64,000 bases of DNA from positions 15,443 to 79,442 of the forward strand of contig CACXIM010000001.1 of NCBI GenBank assembly GCA_902767725.1. The letters are read 5' to 3'. Below are positions 45,277 to 52,145 of this stretch, one piece after another. This stretch comes from an uncultured Bacteroidia bacterium (GTDB lineage Bacteria > Bacteroidota > Bacteroidia > Bacteroidales > F082). Position 1 is the first letter of the stretch. Every line of letters begins with the position of its first letter. The notes under the pieces are model-generated. The model saw only the letters and a program-made list of their open reading frames with translations, made no database searches and had not been told where the DNA came from. The position numbers and the translations under genes were made by a program.

Positions 45277-46404
45277 TTATTTGGAGCGCTTGCCTCTGAA
45301 AACAATATTGCCAATCACCTTCCAAAAATATCTCCAATCAGTACGGAAAGGATGCTTCAAATAGGCCTCAAGATAGCGACGCTCGCTGTCCTGAATTTCA
45401 TCCAGAGTCTCAGGCATGTCGACATAGAACGGAGGCAACAGTCCAGGCTTGGTTTTGATCCTAAGCTGCTGCAAATCCTCGGTATAAAGGTCATAATACT
45501 GCTGGCTCAAAGGGCGCACGCCAACCAGTTTCATCTGTCCCTTCAGTATATTGAAAAACATCGGCAACTCGTCAAGCCAGGTCTTGCGCAAGACCCTTCC
45601 CCACTCCGTAACACGATAGTCATCGCTGAACTTACCGCCCACGTCCAAGTCGTTGTTTTCGTAGATATAGGTCTGCAAATACTCCGAATAGGCATACATC
45701 GTCCTGAACTTAAACACGTTGAACTTGTTTCCGTCCTTCCCTATCCTTCTCAGCTTGATCAACATACCGTAGGTGTGTTGCTCCCTGCTAGGCTGACGCT
45801 TCTTCTGGGCGATGACACAATACCGGTCGTGGATATACTGCTCACTGACCACCTCGAAACCACAATAATACAACCTACCCAATATCTCTGGTCGAGGGAA
45901 TACCTTTCTCACCTTTTTCGTACACCAATAATAAAAACGACGCGTCAAGCCTATTTTTGGACACACCCTATGCCATAGGAAGTCAAAGAAATATAGGATG
46001 TAGGCAAAAAACCTGGGATACTTGACGAAAAACTGGGCACGACGCTTTTGTGACGTATCGAAGCCACATACAAAATAGCCGTCTTGTTTCAGCTTAGCAT
46101 TGGCATCGCGAAAGTAACGGTTCAGATAACGGATGGCGTTCAAATGATCTTTAGCCAATAATACCTCGGCTTCACCGTCAGGCACTTGCCACGACTTTTC
46201 GGCATAGTCGTTGAGCCATTTTGATCGCTCTTGGCTACGCGGCGTCTCGGCCACCGCAATCAGCTCACGGAGCTCCTCAGGGGCCTCGTCGAACTCAAAT
46301 CTCGGAGCATGCTGGGTCTCGGTCACGGCAAGGTATTCCATCACCTCGTCGTAATTGTCGCGAGCTATCATATTGCCGAAAAACGACCTAAGTCCCATGC
46401 CCAT
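45277..46404 (-). CDS. Polyprenyl-phosphate glycosyl-1-phosphate transferase (Bac_transf family initiating enzyme) with N-terminal extension
   Basis: Start set to ATG 46402-46404. The C-terminal domain carries LDELPMFFNILKGQMKLVGVRPL (sugar-transferase signature). One hydrophobic re-entrant-type segment, FFAYILYFFDFLW. Confidence 0.85.
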   Translation of the reverse strand: MGMGLRSFFGNMIARDNYDEVMEYLAVTETQHAPRFEFDEAPEELRELIAVAETPRSQERSKWLNDYAEKSWQVPDGEAEVLLAKDHLNAIRYLNRYFRDANAKLKQDGYFVCGFDTSQKRRAQFFVKYPRFFAYILYFFDFLWHRVCPKIGLTRRFYYWCTKKVRKVFPRPEILGRLYYCGFEVVSEQYIHDRYCVIAQKKRQPSREQHTYGMLIKLRRIGKDGNKFNVFKFRTMYAYSEYLQTYIYENNDLDVGGKFSDDYRVTEWGRVLRKTWLDELPMFFNILKGQMKLVGVRPLSQQYYDLYTEDLQQLRIKTKPGLLPPFYVDMPETLDEIQDSERRYLEAYLKHPFRTDWRYFWKVIGNIVFRGKRSK

Positions 46405-46411
46405 CAATGTT

Positions 46412-47542
46412 TTATTTCTTCAAGCACTCACGGACAGCTTCACATATCATGTCCTGATCAGCCACGGAGAGGTAAGGATGTATAGGCAAAGAAATCACCG
46501 TGTCGGCCAACTGGTCGGACACAGGGCAACGGTTTTCATCCAGATCCAAATAGCTGAAAGCCGTTTGTCGGTGCATCGGGATGGGATAATAGATGGCCGT
46601 TGGGATGTCGAGTGCCTTCAAAACAGCTTGAAGTCCAGCCCTCACTTCCTTATTCTCCACCTGCAGCGTGTATTGTGCCCAACTGGAATAGAAACCTTCA
46701 GGCACTATAGGCGTCTTCACCACGTCTTTCAGTTTCTCAGTATACCTAGTCGCCACCTTATTGACATCAACCAACTCATAGTCCTTGAACGCCTTGAGCT
46801 TGACCAAAAGAATGGCCGCTTGGATACTATCCATGCGCGAGTTCATGCCGATGCGCACGTTATCGTAGCGGTCGCTGCCCTTGCCGTGGATATGGTAGGA
46901 ATCCACAAGTGCAGCCCATTCGTCGTTGTCGGTGAACACCGCTCCACCATCGCCATAGCATCCCACAGGCTTGGCAGGGAAGAATGAGGTGGTGGAGATA
47001 TCGCCAAAGGTGCAGGCTTTCTTATCGCCAATACGGCCGCCGAAACCTTGGGCTCCATCTTCAAGGACATAAAGCCCATATTTGTCAGCTATTTGGCGGA
47101 TGGCCATGAAATCAGCAGGAAGACCAAACAAATCAACGGCAATGATGACGCGAGGCGTGAGCTTGCCGGCTTTCACAGTCTGCTCAATCTTACGTTCGAG
47201 GTCTACAACATCCATATTGAAGGTATCCTTGTCGACATCAACAAAAACGGGTGTTGCACCTTGCATGGCGATTACTTCAGCCGAGGCAAAGAAGGTGAAA
47301 CTGGGCACGAAGACAGCATCGCTGGGTTTCACATTCCAAGCCTTCAAAGCGAGCAACAAGGCATCGGTGCCGCTATTGCAGGCGATGCAGTGCTTCACCC
47401 CGACATATTCGGCGAAAGCCGTCTCCATTTCCTTGATTTTCGGGCCCATGACATACGCCGATGAGGCGACCACGTCAAGGATGGCCTTATCCATTTCGTC
47501 CTTCAGGACGGTATATTGGGTTTTTAGGTCTCTGAATTGCAT
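46412..47542 (-). CDS. DegT-family aminotransferase (WbpE/PglE-like)
   Basis: 376 aa with SFFPAKPVGCYGDGGAVF (PLP lysine). Adjacent to a WbpD/QdtC-like N-acetyltransferase. Confidence 0.85.
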   Translation of the reverse strand: MQFRDLKTQYTVLKDEMDKAILDVVASSAYVMGPKIKEMETAFAEYVGVKHCIACNSGTDALLLALKAWNVKPSDAVFVPSFTFFASAEVIAMQGATPVFVDVDKDTFNMDVVDLERKIEQTVKAGKLTPRVIIAVDLFGLPADFMAIRQIADKYGLYVLEDGAQGFGGRIGDKKACTFGDISTTSFFPAKPVGCYGDGGAVFTDNDEWAALVDSYHIHGKGSDRYDNVRIGMNSRMDSIQAAILLVKLKAFKDYELVDVNKVATRYTEKLKDVVKTPIVPEGFYSSWAQYTLQVENKEVRAGLQAVLKALDIPTAIYYPIPMHRQTAFSYLDLDENRCPVSDQLADTVISLPIHPYLSVADQDMICEAVRECLKK

Positions 47543-47547
47543 TATTA

Positions 47548-47586
47548 TCAGTTGTCAGTTGTTCAGTTATTCAGTTGTTCAGTTGC
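47548..47586. repeat. Octamer tandem array, family C copy 1 (TCAGTTGT/TCAGTTAT x5)
   Basis: tcagttg tcagttgt tcagttat tcagttgt tcagttgc begins 5 nt upstream of the ATG at 47542 (minus-strand gene). A near-identical array lies at 56397-56436. Confidence 0.9.
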
Positions 47587-47694
47587 CGCTTTGCGTCACT
47601 GCGAGGCCTCATTCCGTGAAAACGGAAGAAGCAGTCTAGGGGTGAATCTTTGGGTAATAGTTGTTCAACTTATTCCTCATTCAGCATTTCTCAT

Positions 47695-48252
47695 TCAGCA
47701 TTTTTCCAAATTCCCGTTAGTCTCCACGTATTTCCTGCCGCAATCGCATTGCAATGTGGGGCCGAGGCGTTTGCCACATTCGCAAACCCAACCAATCTGA
47801 CGTGCGGGCACACCAGCCATCAGGGCATAAGGCTTCACGTCTTTGGTCACCACAGCTCCGGCTGCGACAAGGGCACACTTGCCCACCGTATGGCCGCAGA
47901 CTACGGTACAGTTGGCACCCAATGAGGCTCCTTCACAAATCCTTGTCTTGGCATAGACACCGTGTACCGGGAAATGGGCACGAGGCGTAGTCACATTGGT
48001 GAACACACAGCTCGGACCACAAAACACATTGTCCTCAATCTCAACGCCTTCGTAAATGGAGACGTTGTTCTGTACGCGGACGCCATTGCCAATCTTCACA
48101 TTATTACCGACGTTGACGTTTTGGCCGAACGAACAGTTCTCGCCAATTACGGCACCTTTCTGGATATGGCAGAAATGCCAGATTTTTGTCCCTTTGCCGA
48201 TGCTTACATTGTCGTCGACGTAACTGCTTTCGTGTATGTAGTAATCGTTCAT
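47695..48252 (-). CDS. LbH amino-sugar N-acetyltransferase (WbpD/WlbB/QdtC-like)
   Basis: MNDYYIHESSYVDDNVSIGKGTKIWHFCHI... with regular hexapeptide turns and a short C-terminal Cys-containing tail. Typical of 3-amino-sugar N-acetyltransferases. Confidence 0.8.
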   Translation of the reverse strand: MNDYYIHESSYVDDNVSIGKGTKIWHFCHIQKGAVIGENCSFGQNVNVGNNVKIGNGVRVQNNVSIYEGVEIEDNVFCGPSCVFTNVTTPRAHFPVHGVYAKTRICEGASLGANCTVVCGHTVGKCALVAAGAVVTKDVKPYALMAGVPARQIGWVCECGKRLGPTLQCDCGRKYVETNGNLEKC

Positions 48253-48273
48253 TGTTTGATTCTATTAAAAGTC

Positions 48274-48297
48274 GGCCCTTCGACAGGCTCAGGGGCC
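48274..48297. repeat. Short GC-rich repeat, family D copy 1 (CCCTTCGACAGGCTCAGGG core)
   Basis: GGCCCTTCGACAGGCTCAGGGGCC lies between the lutA-like stop and the N-acetyltransferase start. The same 19-nt core is found at 57943-57977. Confidence 0.75.
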
Positions 48298-48306
48298 TAA
48301 GTATTT

Positions 48307-49029
48307 TCATTCCCAACCCGAGGCGAGCACATCAGCGATATGAATCACCTTGATGGGCAGGCCTTCCTTCTCGATATAAGCTTTCTGGTGCATGAGGCAG
48401 GTCATATCGGTCGAGACGATGTACTCAGCACCTGTATTCATTGCATTCTTCACCTTATGGCTTGCCATACCCATGGCCAAGGTCTCTTGATTCACCTGCA
48501 TGGAGAAATCGGCCCCGCAACACATGTCCGTCTGTTTCATCTCCACCAGTTCAAGACCTCTCACCTTCGAGAGCAGTTGACGGGCTTCCTTGCCAAGACC
48601 CAAGCCCCGTAAGGCACTGCAGCTGTCGTGGAACGTCACCTTATAGGGGAACTCCGCACCAAAGTTGTCAAAATGCACCTTGTTGACCAGAAAGTCGGTA
48701 AGCTCGTAGACATTAGCAACCATTCTCTTAAAATTCAAATGGTTAGCAGTATTAAAAAAGAGTTCAGGATAGCGTTTCTTGATGTAATGCACGCAAGCGG
48801 CAGAAGGTGCCACCACGGGACCATCGTAGGAGAAGTCGTTGAGGAACTTGTCGCCCAATTCTTTCGCATCTTCCACAAAACCAGCATTATATGCAAATCG
48901 ACCACAACAAGTTTGCTCCGGATTATACTCCACCTCCACGCCAGTACGCTCCAACACTTTCATGGTATGAGATGCCACAGTTGGGAAAAACTGGTCGATG
49001 ATGCAGGGTACAAACAGTTCAACTTTCAT
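48307..49029 (-). CDS. (Fe-S)-binding CCG-domain oxidoreductase subunit (LutA/YkgE-like)
   Basis: Start moved to ATG 49027-49029 (MKVELFVPCIIDQFFP). Two CCG motifs (EQTCCGRF and DMCCGADF). The longer ORF-track N-terminus overlaps aroA and looks spurious. Confidence 0.75.
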   Translation of the reverse strand: MKVELFVPCIIDQFFPTVASHTMKVLERTGVEVEYNPEQTCCGRFAYNAGFVEDAKELGDKFLNDFSYDGPVVAPSAACVHYIKKRYPELFFNTANHLNFKRMVANVYELTDFLVNKVHFDNFGAEFPYKVTFHDSCSALRGLGLGKEARQLLSKVRGLELVEMKQTDMCCGADFSMQVNQETLAMGMASHKVKNAMNTGAEYIVSTDMTCLMHQKAYIEKEGLPIKVIHIADVLASGWE

Positions 49030-49052
49030 AGGATTGGGTGCAAAATTCCGTG

Positions 49053-49060
49053 CAAAGGTA
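49053..49060 (-). promoter_or_regulatory. Candidate -7 box (TACCTTTG) for the lutA-like gene
   Basis: Minus-strand TACCTTTG equals TAnnTTTG and lies 23 nt upstream of the ATG at 49029. Confidence 0.45.
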
Positions 49061-49097
49061 CGGATTTTCTTAATTGCCCCATAAAAAAAAGCGGTTT

Positions 49098-50297
49098 TTA
49101 GAAGGATTTGGATAAAAAAGTACAATCTTCCCAAAACCTGGGATAAGATTTCTCCACCACTTCGGGATGGTCGAACGAGACCGATCCGCAAAGGAGCGCT
49201 AAGGGCGCCAAGGCCATCACGATGCGGTGATCGTTGTGTGCGGCGAAACACAACGGCGAATGTCCCAACTTCACGAGTTCAGTTTGCATGGCCTCCACAC
49301 GATTGGATTCCTTCAGGGAAAGGTTGTCGAGGCCCGTAAAAGTGGCATCAACATTTAATCCGGCACAGGTGGCTGCCAATGTCGGATAAAGGTCGGGATG
49401 CGCGGCAAAATCGAAGTACAAAGGTTGTTTCTCAAAAGGGATTTTTCGCAGGACGATGGCATCTTTTTCAACAAAGCTGCCAACTCCCAATTGCTTCATC
49501 CAATCCACGATGACCACATCACCTTGAAGTGACGACATAGACAAGCCTCGCAGCCTTATCTCACACTCCTCACTCAGCGCTGCCATCTCGTACCAATATG
49601 AAGCTGCGCTCCAATCTGCCTCAACAACAAAACTGTTTGATTGATAGGGTTTTGGCTTGACAGAAATCGTTTTTCCTTTTCTCTCGACCTCTGCTCCGAA
49701 ATGCCGCATCATGGCCAAGGTCATTTCGAGGTATGGCAAAGAAGTGAGTTCGCCAATGAGTTCCATTTCAAGACCTTTAAGCCACATCGGAGCAGCCAAA
49801 AGCAAGGATGAAGCAAATTGACTGCTTTGGTGCATATCGATTTGGACTTTCCCGCCCGAAATAGGTTTTCCAATGATTCGCAAAGGCAGACATCCTTCAT
49901 TTTCAACATATTGAATATCAGCTCCTAATTCTCGCAAGGAATCAACAAGAGACTTCATAGGGCGCTGCTTCATACGTTCCGTGCCGGTTAAAAGCCACTC
50001 GCCTTCGTGACATGCCAGATAGGTGGTCATAAAACGAGCTGCTGTACCGCAGTCGGAAATGTCAATAAGTGAAGCTTTAGTAAGCATGTCATTCCCGCGT
50101 GGGGCAGAGCGAAGCTTGGAATCTATGCTTTCTAAAGCATCACTCAACACTTTGGTATCATGGGAATCCGAAAGATTCTGTAAATCAGGGGCAAATCCAC
50201 CATACGCAGCGATCATCAATGCGCGATTGCTTTCGCTCTTGCTGGCGGGAAGAGTAACCTCACCGAAACGCAACACCCGCCCGCTTCTTGTCCTCAT
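49098..50297 (-). CDS. aroA: 3-phosphoshikimate 1-carboxyvinyltransferase (EPSP synthase)
   Basis: VTLPASKSESNRALMIAA and the overall EPSPS pattern. Start chosen at ATG 50295-50297, preceded by AAGGAGGTCAGCC. In-frame upstream ATGs (50414, 50408, 50318) cannot be excluded. Contains an in-frame palindromic repeat at 50074-50138. Confidence 0.85.
   Translation of the reverse strand: MRTRSGRVLRFGEVTLPASKSESNRALMIAAYGGFAPDLQNLSDSHDTKVLSDALESIDSKLRSAPRGNDMLTKASLIDISDCGTAARFMTTYLACHEGEWLLTGTERMKQRPMKSLVDSLRELGADIQYVENEGCLPLRIIGKPISGGKVQIDMHQSSQFASSLLLAAPMWLKGLEMELIGELTSLPYLEMTLAMMRHFGAEVERKGKTISVKPKPYQSNSFVVEADWSAASYWYEMAALSEECEIRLRGLSMSSLQGDVVIVDWMKQLGVGSFVEKDAIVLRKIPFEKQPLYFDFAAHPDLYPTLAATCAGLNVDATFTGLDNLSLKESNRVEAMQTELVKLGHSPLCFAAHNDHRIVMALAPLALLCGSVSFDHPEVVEKSYPRFWEDCTFLSKSF
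50074..50138. repeat. Palindromic element, family A copy 1, inside the aroA reading frame
   Basis: GCTTTAGTAAGCATGTCATTCC-(21 nt)-GGAATCTATGCTTTCTAAAGC. The core ATGTCATTCC...GGAATCTAT is shared with the copies at 51362-51492 and 53781-53981. Confidence 0.8.
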
Positions 50298-50316
50298 GGC
50301 TGACCTCCTTGCCGTC

Positions 50317-50373
50317 ATTGCGGGCCCAGACCCGCAATCTCCCGAACAAGAAGGATTCGACTCTGTGTTCGGG
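50317..50373 (-). other. Two stem-loops in the aroB-aroA spacer
   Basis: ATTGCGGG-cccaga-CCCGCAAT (50317-50338) and CCCGAACA-(17 nt)-TGTTCGGG (50341-50373). Confidence 0.6.
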
Positions 50374-50394
50374 TGACGGCGTATTGCATTCTGG

Positions 50395-51519
50395 TCATTG
50401 TTTCCCATACTCATTTATGATGTATTCAAGTGACCTTTTGATAGTGTCATTATCTACCATAACATCCCAAACAGGCTTTCCAACAGCCTCAAGCAGAACA
50501 AATTGCATCGTTTCCCCTTTATTCTTCTTATCGTGGACAAGATAGCCCAAAATCGGCTCAATATCGGCTTCCGAAAGCGCTATTTCCGATTCGGAAAGTA
50601 GCATTGGAACCTGTTTTGCAAAGTCTTGCAAAACTGTTTCATTCAATCCTAACTGCTTCACGGATAGCCACAAAGAGCCCAACATTCCCAATGCCACAGC
50701 TTCGCCATGAAGCAAAGGATAATCCGTTGTTAGGCAATGGCTTTCGATAGCGTGACCCAGGGAGTGACCGAAATTCAACACCTTGCGCAAGCCCTTCTCG
50801 GTCGGGTCTTGGGCAACGATTTCATGCTTGATTTCTCCACATCGGGCAATGTATTGCTGATAGTTTTCCAAACTGACATTCAGCAAGTTGGAATCAGCAA
50901 TAAAACCGCATTTCAGAATTTCGGATAAACCAGAGAGAAGTTCCCTGGTTGGCAGAGTTTCCAAAAAAACAGGGTCGACAATCACTTCTTCAGCCTCTGC
51001 AAAAGTACCGATTTGGTTTTTGGCGCCACCGAAATCGATGCCCGTCTTCCCTCCTATCGAGGCATCAATCATTCCAAGCAAAGTAGTCGGGACATTGATG
51101 AATTTTATACCACGTTTGTAAGTTGATGCTGCAAATCCTCCTAAGTCGGTAATGGTGCCGCCACCGAGATTGATTAACAAGGCATTACGGTCAGCGTGAT
51201 GTTTCATTAGGGTTTTCCAAATGCGCTGGACGGTTTGCAGATTTTTGTGTTGCTCTCCTGGCCTAATCACTATCTCGATTGCATTTTCGCAACCTAACCA
51301 GTATTCCACTTCTGGCAACCAAAACGGAGCTATGTTTTCATCGGTGAGGATGAAGACTTGGGAGGCTTTAGAAAGCATAGATCCCTTGCCCCGCTCATCC
51401 CCCCTCAGGGATGACATGCTTTCTAAAGCCTCAGGATGCATGTCATTCCAAGGTTGGCCAGTGCGTTGGCGGGAATCTATGCATTCTGAGGCTTGGGGCA
51501 TATCCATCACTTTTCTCAT
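50395..51519 (-). CDS. aroB: 3-dehydroquinate synthase
   Basis: LINLGGGTITDLGGFAASTYKRGIKFINVPTTLLGMIDASIGGKTG and downstream His-rich metal-site motifs. Start uncertain. ATG 51517-51519 overlaps the tsaE stop as ATGA. Alternatives are 51507, 51501 and 51378 (MLSKASQVFILTDE). The first ~50 codons consist of two family A repeat copies. Confidence 0.85.
   Translation of the reverse strand: MRKVMDMPQASECIDSRQRTGQPWNDMHPEALESMSSLRGDERGKGSMLSKASQVFILTDENIAPFWLPEVEYWLGCENAIEIVIRPGEQHKNLQTVQRIWKTLMKHHADRNALLINLGGGTITDLGGFAASTYKRGIKFINVPTTLLGMIDASIGGKTGIDFGGAKNQIGTFAEAEEVIVDPVFLETLPTRELLSGLSEILKCGFIADSNLLNVSLENYQQYIARCGEIKHEIVAQDPTEKGLRKVLNFGHSLGHAIESHCLTTDYPLLHGEAVALGMLGSLWLSVKQLGLNETVLQDFAKQVPMLLSESEIALSEADIEPILGYLVHDKKNKGETMQFVLLEAVGKPVWDVMVDNDTIKRSLEYIINEYGKQ
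51362..51432. repeat. Palindromic element, family A copy 2 (inverted orientation)
   Basis: GAGGCTTTAGAAAGCATAGATCCC-(23 nt)-GGGATGACATGCTTTCTAAAGCCTC. Confidence 0.8.
51428..51492. repeat. Palindromic element, family A copy 3, abutting copy 2
   Basis: GCCTCAGGATGCATGTCATTCC-(21 nt)-GGGAATCTATGCATTCTGAGGC. It shares 5 nt (GCCTC) with copy 2. Confidence 0.8.
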
Positions 51520-51953
51520 TCTTCGACCACTTGACAATCAATCACCCGTTCATCATCCGTCGCGCCATGACGAATTTCCACACGGATGTATTTTTCGGGC
51601 AACAACGGCTCAATCATTTCAGGCCACTCGATAAGACAAAGATTTCCACTGTCAAAATAGTTCTCAAAACCGATGTCGTAGGCTTCTTCCAACTTTTTAA
51701 TGCGGTAGAAATCAAAGTGATAGACCGATTCTCCTTCCTCGGTGACATACTCATTCACAATAGCAAAAGTCGGGCTATTCACCTCATCGGTGACACCCAT
51801 TCTATGGCAGAGGTTCTTGATTAAGGTCGTTTTACCTGCACCCATCGAGCCGTAGAAGGCAATGATGTCGGCTTCGTCGCGCAGGGAAATCAAGTATTCG
51901 GAGACCTCGCTCAAGGCCTCCACATTGCTTATTTTGAATTGTTTATCCTTCAT
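51516..51953 (-). CDS. tsaE: tRNA t6A37 biosynthesis ATPase TsaE
   Basis: Start set to ATG 51951-51953 (MKDKQFKISN); the track start at 51974 is TTG. P-loop GSMGAGKTTL and SPTFAIVNEY are typical of TsaE/YjeE. Confidence 0.85.
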   Translation of the reverse strand: MKDKQFKISNVEALSEVSEYLISLRDEADIIAFYGSMGAGKTTLIKNLCHRMGVTDEVNSPTFAIVNEYVTEEGESVYHFDFYRIKKLEEAYDIGFENYFDSGNLCLIEWPEMIEPLLPEKYIRVEIRHGATDDERVIDCQVVEE

Positions 51954-51971
51954 GGCAAACGATTTTCGCCG

Positions 51972-51979
51972 CAAAGATA
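51972..51979 (-). promoter_or_regulatory. Candidate -7 box (TATCTTTG) for tsaE-aroB-aroA
   Basis: Minus-strand TATCTTTG equals TAnnTTTG and lies 18 nt upstream of the ATG at 51953. Confidence 0.45.
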
Positions 51980-51992
51980 ATACTTTTTTTTA

Positions 51993-52144
51993 GAGATTCC
52001 CTGCGGGAATGGAAGACGGTTTGTTTTGTAAAACGCGGCGGCTTGTGGTGCCTACGCATAGTAAGTCCTACCTGCCGCCGCCAAATATACACGGCTAACA
52101 CTCCATTAACTGCGTTGAATCTTCGATTTCCCGAAGGGAATCTC
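51993..52144. repeat. Structured intergenic repeat, family B copy 2
   Basis: GAGATTCCC-TGC-GGGAATGGAAG ... GCGGCGGC-(loop)-GCCGCCGCC ... ACTCCATT...GATTTCCC-GAA-GGGAATCTC. It ends 1 nt before the porX stop codon. Same order of modules as 7701-7833. Confidence 0.8.
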
Positions 52145-52145
52145 C

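Noticed and set aside
47548-47586. The octamer arrays at 47548-47586 and 56397-56436 considered as a possible CRISPR array or minisatellite-encoded peptide (VVQLFSCSV).
   Set aside because: The units are only 8 bp with no spacers, no cas genes are present, and the ORFs reading through them (47537-47800, 56384-57256, 56400-56672) have no other coding features. The arrays are kept as a non-coding repeat finding instead.
46412-48252. Assigning the WbpE-like/WbpD-like pair (plus the WecB-like epimerase) to a complete UDP-2,3-diacetamido-2,3-dideoxy-uronic acid (WbpA/B/E/D/I) pathway.
   Set aside because: No UDP-GlcNAc 6-dehydrogenase (WbpA) or 3-oxidase (WbpB) homologue is visible in the window. 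The same two folds also serve the bacillosamine and 3-acetamido-6-deoxyhexose pathways, so only the generic aminotransferase/N-acetyltransferase call is supported.
17102-48252. The polysaccharide locus considered as a mobile genomic island or a phase-variable (invertible-promoter) capsule locus.
   Set aside because: There is no integrase, transposase, tRNA attachment site or flanking direct repeat. No site-specific recombinase is present, and I could find no inverted repeats bracketing any candidate promoter. Only the compositional mosaic is reported.
49030-49097. A possible intrinsic terminator after aroA (AAAAACCGCTTTTTTTT on the minus strand).
   Set aside because: It can form only an A/T hairpin with no G+C stem. 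The T-run more likely belongs to the lutA-like promoter region, which has a TACCTTTG box at 49053-49060.
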